From a virus: a stretch of 64,000 bases of DNA. Every line of letters starts with the position of its first letter. Within the stretch, counting starts at the first letter, position 1. Of this stretch, positions 45,200-55,273 are shown in pieces. The notes below the pieces were generated by a model that was not told the origin of the DNA, ran no database searches, and worked only from the letters and a program-made list of their open reading frames with translations. Position numbers and translations under genes: made by a program. The stretch lies in IMG/VR virus record IMGVR_UViG_2600255073_000006, one strand, 5' to 3'.

Positions 45200-45793
45200 A
45201 TGCCGAACAATCATCAAGTCATTGTCCCTTTCTACGGTTCTAATCTATTGGTCGTTGAGTACAACAACGAACCTTACATACCAATGAAACCCATTGTCGA
45301 AGGCATCGGTTTAAATTGGAAAACACAGTATAGAAAGTTAACTGGGAACTCCGAACGCTGGACTATGGTCATAATGACCATGGTTGCTTCTGATAACAAA
45401 CCTCGTGAACGTATCTGCATCCCACTTCGAAAACTCTTTGGTTGGCTCCAAACACTGCAACCTAATCGAATACGTAGAGAAATTCGCGAAAAAGTCATCC
45501 AATACCAAACCGAATGTGACGATGTTCTCTGGCGACACTGGAATCAAGAAACCAACCAACTCCCTCCCTCAAGTCCTATCTCCACTACTACCAAACTTTT
45601 AATGACATTAGAAAACGGCCGTGTGATCGGTGTTATTCCAGTTGGCAATGACGTAACGGTCTTTGAGCGTTCAAAGCTTCCTGAGCTGCTGAATGAGCCT
45701 GGATATTTTTCTATTGAGGACTATGCAAGAATTGCCGAAACTGCAAATTGTAGATTGGCTGAATTATTATCTGCAAAGAGAAATAATCGCTGA
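45200..45793 (+). CDS. ant: Antirepressor with P22-Ant N-terminal domain
   Basis: VPFYG.NL.VV..N.EPY.PMKPIVEGIGL.W..Q and CIPLRKL.GWL motifs; GGAGG RBS. Confidence 0.85.
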   Translation: MPNNHQVIVPFYGSNLLVVEYNNEPYIPMKPIVEGIGLNWKTQYRKLTGNSERWTMVIMTMVASDNKPRERICIPLRKLFGWLQTLQPNRIRREIREKVIQYQTECDDVLWRHWNQETNQLPPSSPISTTTKLLMTLENGRVIGVIPVGNDVTVFERSKLPELLNEPGYFSIEDYARIAETANCRLAELLSAKRNNR

Positions 45794-45869
45794 ATATTGT
45801 CGTAAGAAGTCGTTATTATTTTTCGTGAAGATTTAAAAGAGGCGCTCAAATTATTGGAGCGCCTTTTTT
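45786..45869 (+). repeat. Direct repeat, copy 2: degenerate phnA 3' end plus terminator
   Basis: See 44508-44589; still encodes AEYCRKK in one frame. Confidence 0.85.
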
Positions 45870-46501
45870 GACCGATGAGGTATATTTACACAATTATGTT
45901 GGGAAAGGGTTATAATTAAACTTAGTGTAATAGCCCCCTGAAAATTTCTTTGTGTCAGCATTTCTAATTAAATACCAATAATTATTGAGAGCATCGGCGG
46001 GATGAGGGAAATAATTAAGACACTGCTCTGTAAAACAAGAACATTCACTCAAAAGCTCATATTGTTTGTTATCTACAGTAAAATAACCAATCCACTTTCC
46101 TTTATACTGTAGAGACCCCCAGTATCCTTTTAACTCTATATAATCCCCGTTACTCCAATTGGCCCAATCCCACTCTGTACCCTTATCATTCGCACATAAT
46201 AAATGGGTTGTAACCAGCGTGTTAGCCTGAACGAAAAAGTAAATATTATTGACACAACGATTAAAATGATTTTTAGCATAAAAAGATTATTAAAAACAAT
46301 AATGTAGATAATTTTATACAAAAATTTTTTTCAATTAAATACATTTTATGGAGAATCATTTAGAAAGCAGGTCAGTTTAGCATTGCGCTCAACTACACTT
46401 TGCACTTAAAGCTGGTCTTGATACAGCGTTACGCATCACGCTCAATCTAAGTTTGACTGATTACCTCATAAATCTCTTTTGAGGTGGTGGTGGCCATACA
46501 C

Positions 46502-46568
46502 CCCGAAAAATTTTTATTTCACGAGCAGTTGCCTCGTTTGCTAACTTGAAGGATCCAGAAGAACCTAT
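46502..46568 (-). other. Candidate cos site, copy 2
   Basis: 67/67 bp identical to 68-134; minus-strand repeats TTGAGCG(T/C)(G/A)ATGC at 46433-46445 and 46380-46392 lie on the cosB side. Confidence 0.5.
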
Positions 46569-46617
46569 CTCATTGTTTTATATAGATGGTTTTGAGATCC
46601 TTTTTAAGCTTTCATCA

Positions 46618-46901
46618 TCACAGGGGCATTAAACGACGATAGCGAAACTCCATGCCCCCACAATCTAAACCAGTATGTCTTCTTGATAGGTAACATCTCT
46701 CATATAAACTTCTCAAATTCGAACTTGCCCAACTTGGTGACAAACCTAATCGTTCAGAAATAAGTTACACTGTCACCCACCCTCTACTCTATCAATTCCA
46801 AGGACACGTATTTGTGTTTTGATCAGCTTCAACCCGTCATTTGGTGAGGCGCGAGTTGTACATTAGCCACTAAATTGAGACTTTTATCACACTTTGAGCC
46901 T
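46618..46901 (-). pseudogene. Decayed copy of the wHTH gene 184-480
   Basis: Aligns by eye with indels and a lost start codon. Confidence 0.8.
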
Positions 46902-46939
46902 AGTAATATTGTCCATAGCGATTAAATTTTGAATAGCGG

Positions 46940-47240
46940 TTAATCATTGATTTAACTCGCGATTGTAAAGAGGAAGTTTTTTTGAAAATCAGGTATATAA
47001 CAGGTTCACCAGCAATTTTTTAACCACAAATGATAAGCTTTGAGTGCTTCTGATTTCTGCAGCTCTATGTGCGTGTGGATATACGCTTGATCCATTTTGC
47101 CCTTCGCATGATTCAATAAGGTCTCTGCAACCAGGTAATCAATGCCAATATCGGCCCACACGGTGCGCGCTAACTTTCTTAAATCGTGTGCGGTCCAGTG
47201 GCCATGCGCGATGGCTCTGAGCATATGATTGGCCACCGAG
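46940..47240 (-). pseudogene. 3' fragment of the tail-linked tyrosine recombinase
   Basis: AHDLRKLARTVWADIGIDYLVAETLLNH nearly identical to 519-1793; premature TGA at 47006; the 5' three quarters are missing. Confidence 0.9.
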
Positions 47241-47441
47241 CTGAATACTGGCCTCGGATATAGCTGAAGGGGGTTCAATACCCGCTTTCACGGGGAAAAA
47301 ACATTAATAAATGATTAGTTTAACGGCACCAATATTTATCAGAATTGACCGATGCAATAGCTAACCCCAAATTCGGGGTTAGCTCCGATCAAGCGACACA
47401 ATGGTCGCCTCATTTGCAATATCACAATAAAAGGAGCACTC

Positions 47442-48470
47442 TCACTTCTTGAAATTGAAGTCTCCAAACCCCCAGATAATGTGGCTTTGATATTTGTCCA
47501 AAAATTCTTCCCCACCTTTTAGAGCGGCTTCAATACGCGCCTCTAAATCTTCGGGCTTTTTACTGTCACGGAGGAAAAACTTTGTCTGAGGCCTTTCAAA
47601 TGAATCCGCAGCAATCAACGCTTCCTTACCATCATCCATAAAAGCAAGGATCTGACCCAACGTGTAGATATAATCACTGGAGACATGACCAACAAACTTA
47701 TCTATATCAATGGCTGGCATTGCTTTGACTACATAACCATCACGCTTTTTCGTTTCAAAATTTAAAACGATACACAATCCCGTGTTGTTGGTCATCAAAC
47801 CCACTTTATCAAATGCAGCTGCACCTACTCTCCCTGCTCGCCACGAATAGACAATTTGCTTCCGTCGATCAAAGTATACTTCTGCATCACGAGGTTTTAG
47901 TAGAAAGAAGGCCCAAAAAAAGAGAGTGACTCCATAGAGCCCTCCGAATACAGCTATATATAATATAAACTCCTTAAGCTCACCGTTGCCAAAAGTGGCT
48001 AACGCCTTCATATGGGTGAAAATTGTTATCGAGCCTTCTTTATCTGTATAAACTTTATACCCTTGAATTTGTTTTAAGCTACGCTGAATAATCTTTTGAT
48101 AATCATTGTATTTTTTAATATCTCCATTCTTTTTTGCTTCAATTGAATATTCAGTAAATTCGGCTACACTGTTTTTATGATACTTTATCATATCAGCAGC
48201 ATCCTCCTTACTGTAAGAGAAGCGGGGTTGAGCATTCACCATCATAATAGCCGAAAAAACGGTGAACATTATTAGTAAAGGAATAAGAACAAAGTTTCGA
48301 CGCAAGTGAGAGCCCGTGCGTAGAGTAAGTACATCATCACTTACAGACGAAATCGGCTCCTTAGGGTCTTCTTCTTCGATATCAATTTGTACTTCTTTTC
48401 GAAGATCTGGCCAATAGTACGCAAAAGGGGTTCCTCGGAACATGGATAATTGCATTGAAAATATACTCAT
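47442..48470 (-). CDS. Membrane protein, DUF6708-like (putative orphan T6SS immunity protein)
   Basis: Two TM segments and a PRDAEVYFDRRKQIVYSW motif; paralogous to the next gene. Confidence 0.6.
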   Translation of the reverse strand: MSIFSMQLSMFRGTPFAYYWPDLRKEVQIDIEEEDPKEPISSVSDDVLTLRTGSHLRRNFVLIPLLIMFTVFSAIMMVNAQPRFSYSKEDAADMIKYHKNSVAEFTEYSIEAKKNGDIKKYNDYQKIIQRSLKQIQGYKVYTDKEGSITIFTHMKALATFGNGELKEFILYIAVFGGLYGVTLFFWAFFLLKPRDAEVYFDRRKQIVYSWRAGRVGAAAFDKVGLMTNNTGLCIVLNFETKKRDGYVVKAMPAIDIDKFVGHVSSDYIYTLGQILAFMDDGKEALIAADSFERPQTKFFLRDSKKPEDLEARIEAALKGGEEFLDKYQSHIIWGFGDFNFKK

Positions 48471-48677
48471 TTACAAGAGCACCTCTAATAGGTTATCAAT
48501 TATTTCATATTTGTTATCATTCATTCCTATCCTACCATAACTTTTTATTTCGAAATTCTAAAACTAAAGGCTCATGGATAAGTTTTAATATAGAAAATCC
48601 ATATAGATTCGCTTGAACTTTTCAGATTAGTGACTGAGTCCAAAATAAAATGCGGACTTGAAGCATCTAATGCTTAG

Positions 48678-49622
48678 TTACTCTTTTAGATTGCGATATA
48701 ATTTAGGAAGAATATGTTCGTGTTCTAGAATGTCTTTTAGTCTTTCTTCGAATGGTTCCGGTTTCTTATCAGTGAAAAAATATGTTTTAGGCTGATTTCT
48801 ATTAAAGCTATCTCCAGTAATAAGTGAGCTTTTACCAAATTCCATAAAGTTGAATATTTGCTGAAGAAAATAGTTATTCCCTTCTTCTGAATTAAGAAAT
48901 ACACCACCTGTCGGTTGCACTTTCATACGGATCAGATCATAATTTCCGTGATCATTCCTTTTATCTCCATAAAGGTATAAAACAACACCTGTACTTTTCT
49001 CTAAAAATCCCAAATTCTCAAACCGGCATGCTGCTAAACGACCTAGAACCCACGTATAAACAATTTTCCGCCTACGATCAAAATAAATATCAGCGGGCCT
49101 TGGCGATTTTATAAAGAAGAGAGTTAAGTAAAATGTAAAAATTGATATGATAGCTATAGTAATTAAATTATTTTTTACAGCCTCACGGTGACCTTCGTTA
49201 GCATATAAATACACTGTTTTTAAGTAATTGATAATTGAATATTTTTTATTTTCTCCGAATAAACCTTTAAAATAGTTAAGACTATTAGTATCAAATTCAT
49301 CAAAATAAATACCACTTTTTTTCATTTCTTCATATTCAATTAGTTTTTCTTTCGCATAAGAAATATTATTTGAGTTTAATCCTATATTACTAACAGCATA
49401 TATTAATATAATCCAAAAAGCTATAACAAACGGAATTATATATACAGAGCGTATATTATACCTGTGTTCACGAACACAAAGTATGTCATCTGTAACACGC
49501 ATAAATGGCTCAAGTGGCTCTTCTTCGGGCTCTATATTTTTTTTCTGTAAAAAGAAGTCTCTGCCATTAATAAGTTTTTGAGCATATTTGGATCTAATGA
49601 ATAACTTATCATTATTAATCAT
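48678..49622 (-). CDS. Membrane protein, DUF6708-like paralog
   Basis: Two TM segments and PRPADIYFDRRRKIVYTW; shared EPxEP..V.DD.L and SF.R.QxK.F motifs. Confidence 0.6.
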   Translation of the reverse strand: MINNDKLFIRSKYAQKLINGRDFFLQKKNIEPEEEPLEPFMRVTDDILCVREHRYNIRSVYIIPFVIAFWIILIYAVSNIGLNSNNISYAKEKLIEYEEMKKSGIYFDEFDTNSLNYFKGLFGENKKYSIINYLKTVYLYANEGHREAVKNNLITIAIISIFTFYLTLFFIKSPRPADIYFDRRRKIVYTWVLGRLAACRFENLGFLEKSTGVVLYLYGDKRNDHGNYDLIRMKVQPTGGVFLNSEEGNNYFLQQIFNFMEFGKSSLITGDSFNRNQPKTYFFTDKKPEPFEERLKDILEHEHILPKLYRNLKE

Positions 49623-49682
49623 AAATATCTCTCATAATCCGCAAGTTCGCCGTCTATCATATCAAGGTAAGTTTTCTGCTTT

Positions 49683-50180
49683 TTAGGCTTCTCTGATGTA
49701 TGGGTAGTTGAGAGCTTCATATGCTTCTTTACAAGCCTTAATAATTTCTTCATTTCTCTTCTGTTTTGACCACCCGTTAATACATTCACAATACCACTCA
49801 TCTTCCAAAGTAGTAAATTCCCCCAAAAAACCTGGATAATCTAGTCGAACATTTGCAGCACAGATCTTCGACACCGCTGATTCAGGTAAAAGATACCCTT
49901 TTGTCACTTCATCGGTTATTACTTTTACATAACCCTCAATAGCCGCTTCATCGCTTGGACGAGTAATACTTAACTCAGCTAGAACACGGTTGAAATAATC
50001 ATCAGCTTCGAATTCGTTCACGGGCTTAAGTAAAGTGGCCAGAATCGCTAGATTTTCTGTTTCGAGACCTTGTTCAAGTAAGCTCATTGCCCACGAAATT
50101 TTAAACTCGCTTCCACCAGCACACATTGCTACTTGTCCAAGCATTTTATAGGTCTCGATATTTTGTGATTCACTTAGCAT
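49683..50180 (-). CDS. Hypothetical helical protein, immunity-like
   Basis: WAMSLLEQGLETENLAILA pattern resembles toxin-immunity families (low certainty). Confidence 0.5.
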   Translation of the reverse strand: MLSESQNIETYKMLGQVAMCAGGSEFKISWAMSLLEQGLETENLAILATLLKPVNEFEADDYFNRVLAELSITRPSDEAAIEGYVKVITDEVTKGYLLPESAVSKICAANVRLDYPGFLGEFTTLEDEWYCECINGWSKQKRNEEIIKACKEAYEALNYPYIREA

Positions 50181-50481
50181 TGTTTTTAAGCCTAACATCT
50201 TTAGTAACAGACAGTCTCGTTTTTCCACCTACTCTACTTTCGCTTAATTTAACATAAGCCAATAAAAATTAAAGAAAATATATCGAGATTTTTACTCTAT
50301 CCTCATATAAAGTGCGCCGGCCTATTAGCAGGTCTTTAGACATTTATTGGTTAGGGGACAAACCTAATTTGGTTCATTTGGGATTATATTTTTTATCTCG
50401 AAGGTGTGACTATTCGATCTTGTATAAAAGCCATATGTGAATAGATACTCAAAAGGCAGGGTATCTGCCCTGCCTTTCTCA

Positions 50482-53400
50482 TTACTTATACCAACCATCA
50501 GCGAGCACTTCTGCTTGCTCTAAAACCAGCTTGATGGCTTCTTCAGCCTCATCTGGCGGGTACTTCCAGCGGCGCAAAAGCCGGCGTACTAAATTACGCA
50601 TGCGGGCCCGAACGCTTTCTCGCTTTTGCCAATCAACGGAGGCTGATTTGCGCAGTTGTATGGTTAATTCAATGGCCAATTGACGAAGGTTATCATCACC
50701 TAACACTCGTACCGATGCTTCATTCGCAACCAATGCTCGATAAAAAGCGATTTCATCCGCTGACAGGTTCAGCCCTGCCGCCATCTCAGCGTCAGCAGCC
50801 ATCTCTTTAGCCCATTTAATTAACTCTTCAATGACCTGTGCAGTTTCGATACTACGGTTATGGTATTTGTTTAGCGTCGTTAGAATGCGATCTGAGTATT
50901 TCTTTTCCTGCACCACATCATTTTTCATTCGTGCTTTGACTTCATCGCGCAAGAGCTTTTCAAGCAATTCTACCGCAAGGTTTTTCTCTTTTAGGTTCTT
51001 TACATCTTCTAAGAACTCGTCAGAAAGCAATCCGATATTCGGTTTATCTAACCCCACCATCGAGAAAATGTCATCCACACCATTAGCAATAATGGCATTA
51101 TCTAAAATTTGCTTTAACGCACTGTTACGCTGTTCATCAGTGCGTTTTTTATCAACCGTTGAGTGCTTAACAAACGCCGTCTTAATCGCAGAATAAAAGG
51201 CTATCTCATTTTTATAGCCTTGGGTTTCATCCATGGTATTACACAGCGAATAGGCTTTCGTCATTGCGGCCATCACATCTAGGAACCGACGCTTGCCATC
51301 GCGCACTTCCTTGCCATTGCTATCGATATGTGACAAACCTGATAAATGATTTACCGCGCCCGGCAGCAAACGTAAAGCCTCGGTTTCAAAGTTAGGACGG
51401 TAGTTAAATACCCTGTCATCAACTGGCGTAGCAAACATCCCGCGAACAATATCAATCTTTTCCATCAAGACAGCGAAAGCTTCAGCAGTATCAACGGTTG
51501 GTTGCCCTTTACCATGGCTGTTTGTGTACGTTTTCAGGGCGTTTTTAAGTTCACTGGCGATGCCAATATAATCGACAACAAGACCGCCGGGTTTATCTTT
51601 AAAAACACGGTTAACACGAGCAATGGCCTGCATAAGGTTATGCCCTTTCATTGGCTTGTCGATGTACATGGTATGGCAGCATGGGGCATCAAAGCCGGTT
51701 AACCACATATCTCGTACAATCACTAACTTCAGCTCATCATTGGTGTCTTTATAGCGTTTTTCAAACAGCTTTTTTGTTTTTTTATCATGAATATGAGGCT
51801 GCATTTTTTCTTTATCAGAAGCAGAGCCAGTCATGACAATTTTAATAGCACCCTGATTAGGATCATCGCTGTGCCATTCAGGTTTGATCGCTACAATCGC
51901 GTTATATAAATCGACACATATTTCGCGACTCATTGCAACAATCATCGCTTTACCAGGAAACGTTTCAGTACGAGTGGTGAAATGTGCCACTAAGTCTTGA
52001 GCAACCTGTTTGATACGAGGCTCTGCACCAACGAGCTTTTCTAGCGTTGCCCATTGCGACTTAATTTTTTCACGCGTTTCTGTTTCATCTTCCTCGCTGA
52101 TCTCATCGTCAATTTGATCGTTAAGGTTTTCAATTTCAGCTTGGTTGATATCAAGCTTTGCTAGGCGCGATTCATAATAAATGGGTACCGTAGCACCATC
52201 ATCGACAGCATCTTGAATATCGTATATAGAGACATATTCACCAAACACACCACGCGTGTCTTTGTCATCAACGGCAATGGGTGTACCCGTAAAGCCAATG
52301 AAAGACGCATTAGGCAGTGCATCACGCATGTATTTCGAATACCCAAACACATACTTAGAATCTATCACATTATTATCATCATCTTTGATTGATACTAACT
52401 TGGATTTGTTACCATATTGACTGCGGTGCGCTTCATCCGATACCACCACAATATTGGCTCGCTCAGATAAAACGGGATGCTCTGTTTCATCTGCCAATAA
52501 CGCAAATTTTTGAATCGTGGTGAAGATGATGCCGCCTGATTGACGGTTGAGTAGCAAATCCCGCAATTCCTCACGATCATCTGCTTGCTGAGGAATTTGC
52601 TTTAGCGTCTCGCTCGCCATACTGAAGGTATTGTAAAGTTGGCCATCTAAGTCATTTCGGTCGGTAACCACAACGATGGTTGGATTATTCATCGCGGGTT
52701 GCTGCAATAACTTACTGGCATAACAAACCATAGAGATACTTTTGCCGCTGCCTTGAGTATGCCAAACCACACCAGCTTTACCGCTACCGGATTTGATGTT
52801 TTCTAAACCCTTCGTTGCTTGAACTTGATACTTCCCAACACTTTCAGCCACCATTGGTAAATCATCCCCCCCCTGTTTTGCTTTAACGGTCGCTTCTACC
52901 GCAGCACGAACAGCATGAAACTGGTGATAACCTGCAATTTTTTTAATAATTTTGTCATGGTCGGTTTCAAACAAGATGAAATAGCGAATGTAATCTAAAA
53001 GCAAATCCGGTCTAAAGAACCCGCGTACCATGGTTTCTAACTGAAACTCTAACAGTGGTTTATCATCTTCACCTGTAACGGTTTTCCACGGTAAAAATCG
53101 TTCTTGATTTGCCGTTAATGACCCCACTTTGGCAATGACACCATCACTAATCACCAAGGCTTCATTAAATACAAATAGATCCGATATTTCTTCTTTGTAG
53201 GTTTGAAGCTGGTTATAAGCATTCCAAATATCAGAATGCGTCTTAACTGGATTTTTTAGCTCGATAACCGCAATAGGCAAACCATTAATGAACACCACGA
53301 TATCCGGGCGACGGTTGCCCTTTTTACCTGTAATAGTGAACTGATTGACAACCAAAAACTCGTTGTTATTTGGATTGGTAAAGTCCATTAAACGCGCATG

Positions 53401-53751
53401 AGTGTGCTTAGTCTTTGTTTCCAACTGACCAGTTTCCCCGTCTTCATACACGGGGTACTCAACAGGCACGCCTTCAATCAGGTATTTATGGAAAACTCGG
53501 TTGCTTTTAATCAGAACTGGCGTATCCGGTGTACTCACCGTGCTCACCACCACAGCCAAGCTTTCTTGTGGTAGCTCAGGGTTCAGTACTTCTAAACGCT
53601 CCAGTAAGCGTTGTTTCAGCACGACTTGGTGATAATCGTCACGTTCAGGTGTATCACCGTCAGGGGCGATATCGTAGCCATTTTTATAGAGGTAACCTTG
53701 GTCTACGAACCAATCAAGACAGAGCTGTTCTAGTTGGTGTTCTGTAATCAT
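50482..53751 (-). CDS. hsdR: Type I restriction subunit R
   Basis: RRPD..IELK nuclease motif, HTQGSGKS, DEAHRSQYG, GFTGTP, MWLTGFDAP. Confidence 0.95.
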   Translation of the reverse strand: MITEHQLEQLCLDWFVDQGYLYKNGYDIAPDGDTPERDDYHQVVLKQRLLERLEVLNPELPQESLAVVVSTVSTPDTPVLIKSNRVFHKYLIEGVPVEYPVYEDGETGQLETKTKHTHARLMDFTNPNNNEFLVVNQFTITGKKGNRRPDIVVFINGLPIAVIELKNPVKTHSDIWNAYNQLQTYKEEISDLFVFNEALVISDGVIAKVGSLTANQERFLPWKTVTGEDDKPLLEFQLETMVRGFFRPDLLLDYIRYFILFETDHDKIIKKIAGYHQFHAVRAAVEATVKAKQGGDDLPMVAESVGKYQVQATKGLENIKSGSGKAGVVWHTQGSGKSISMVCYASKLLQQPAMNNPTIVVVTDRNDLDGQLYNTFSMASETLKQIPQQADDREELRDLLLNRQSGGIIFTTIQKFALLADETEHPVLSERANIVVVSDEAHRSQYGNKSKLVSIKDDDNNVIDSKYVFGYSKYMRDALPNASFIGFTGTPIAVDDKDTRGVFGEYVSIYDIQDAVDDGATVPIYYESRLAKLDINQAEIENLNDQIDDEISEEDETETREKIKSQWATLEKLVGAEPRIKQVAQDLVAHFTTRTETFPGKAMIVAMSREICVDLYNAIVAIKPEWHSDDPNQGAIKIVMTGSASDKEKMQPHIHDKKTKKLFEKRYKDTNDELKLVIVRDMWLTGFDAPCCHTMYIDKPMKGHNLMQAIARVNRVFKDKPGGLVVDYIGIASELKNALKTYTNSHGKGQPTVDTAEAFAVLMEKIDIVRGMFATPVDDRVFNYRPNFETEALRLLPGAVNHLSGLSHIDSNGKEVRDGKRRFLDVMAAMTKAYSLCNTMDETQGYKNEIAFYSAIKTAFVKHSTVDKKRTDEQRNSALKQILDNAIIANGVDDIFSMVGLDKPNIGLLSDEFLEDVKNLKEKNLAVELLEKLLRDEVKARMKNDVVQEKKYSDRILTTLNKYHNRSIETAQVIEELIKWAKEMAADAEMAAGLNLSADEIAFYRALVANEASVRVLGDDNLRQLAIELTIQLRKSASVDWQKRESVRARMRNLVRRLLRRWKYPPDEAEEAIKLVLEQAEVLADGWYK

Positions 53752-53878
53752 GACCACTATCTCCCTTATTATTGATTCCAAGCACGATGAATCAAGCAAC
53801 CATAAACAGACCGAGCAGTACATTTTTGCTCAGGATGCGCCTTAAGCGTTTCTATGATCATTTCTACTCGGGTTGCCA

Positions 53879-55273
53879 TTAGACAGCCTCAACCACTTGT
53901 TCTCTTGTATCTAAATCAAGTAGCCATGGGAGCGGCTCAACTAATGGTTTGCTTGCCTCTAATTCGATTTCGCCCGAAAGCAATTTAGGAAGTAAGGTGT
54001 CGCGCAAGTCTTCAAGAACAGTATTTTGAGCGTTATTCTTTGCTGCCATACCCACGAGATTACTTGCTACAACACTGTACTTTTCGAGAAGCTCTCGTGG
54101 TGGCGTCAAGATCTTAACCTTGCGAAGCTCAGCTTGTTTAATGCCCAAGGCAGTTGTACCTGAAGCTCGACCTTCCATATCTGACTTTGCTTTTGTTGTT
54201 TGGAGCCAGTTAAACAAGAACTCTGGACTGCAAACATCACTGTTAGCTCTAAGACCGTAAAGTCGTTGGCTTAAGCAAAAATCTTGTGAACCATCAAAGA
54301 AGTACAGTTCACCCATCGGTGCTTCAGACGTCATGATGATGTCACCTTTGATAAGAGGCTCTTTCATCCATTTCTTATATGTAACTTCATCGATAAAACG
54401 GATTGTGTCTGGGCGAACAATCTTCTTGGACTTAATATTTTTTGCCGAGATCGCTGGATAACCCTCTTCAACCCAGTCACTACCGAGCTTTTTAGGTGTT
54501 TTTCCACGATGGTCGATAATCATAGATGTATGGCTATCTAAAGTTCCAACTTCCCAACCTTCTGGTATCAAACCCAACTCAGATTCAACGAGCTTTTCTG
54601 GGAATAGCGAGGCAGTAGCCGCATCCATACCCTCTGGTTGCTCGCCATTCATCTTGGCTTTGACAGGATCGAAGTCGACAAACCATGACTTAAAGATGGC
54701 TTGAGCCATTTGTTCTAGTATTTGATTAGTGCTAGTGTTAACTGAAGCTTTATCATCTAGACATTTCAGTATGTTAGCTATTCTCTCCTGTTCTTCAATT
54801 GGAGGCAAAGGTAGCGTCAAACGACTAATCATATCGTTGTTTAGACTAGCTCTTGTTGATAATGTCGAGAATGCGAGCATACTAGTTCTGAAGCGTGGGC
54901 TTCTAAAATAGTAAGCGACAAATTCTGGGTGCACTTCATAAGAAGTACCTTCCTTGGGACGTAGTCGTTTGGTAAACCCGTTAAAAGTAGCGTTTTCGTA
55001 GTCTTTTAAAGCTACGCTACTCATACCAAGCTCATGCATTGTTTCGCTTGTCCGAGTAAGGAAGACATCACCTCTCTTTATCGAACCATTTGCGCGCTCC
55101 TTTTCTGAAGACTCAACCAACTGAGATAATTCTTCAGGAACAAAATAATTACCAAAGACTTCTTTAAAACTTAGAAACGGGTAACCACTACCAAATGCAC
55201 TTGCTGGTTTTGATAGACCCGAACGGATATCGTAAATATCAGCTAAGGATACCTCAGGCCATTTAGATGTCAT
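53879..55273 (-). CDS. hsdS: Type I specificity subunit S
   Basis: Two TRDs, PLPPIEEQERIA..L..LDDK spacer, LRDTLLPKLLSGE. Confidence 0.95.
   Translation of the reverse strand: MTSKWPEVSLADIYDIRSGLSKPASAFGSGYPFLSFKEVFGNYFVPEELSQLVESSEKERANGSIKRGDVFLTRTSETMHELGMSSVALKDYENATFNGFTKRLRPKEGTSYEVHPEFVAYYFRSPRFRTSMLAFSTLSTRASLNNDMISRLTLPLPPIEEQERIANILKCLDDKASVNTSTNQILEQMAQAIFKSWFVDFDPVKAKMNGEQPEGMDAATASLFPEKLVESELGLIPEGWEVGTLDSHTSMIIDHRGKTPKKLGSDWVEEGYPAISAKNIKSKKIVRPDTIRFIDEVTYKKWMKEPLIKGDIIMTSEAPMGELYFFDGSQDFCLSQRLYGLRANSDVCSPEFLFNWLQTTKAKSDMEGRASGTTALGIKQAELRKVKILTPPRELLEKYSVVASNLVGMAAKNNAQNTVLEDLRDTLLPKLLSGEIELEASKPLVEPLPWLLDLDTREQVVEAV

Noticed and set aside
46136-46321. 61-aa hydrophobic ORF as a type I toxin
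   Set aside because: Low-complexity AT-rich sequence with no convincing RBS or antisense partner.
53752-53823. N-terminal extension of HsdR given by the ORF track
   Set aside because: The GGGAG RBS and family-typical start MITEHQLEQ indicate the ATG at 53751.
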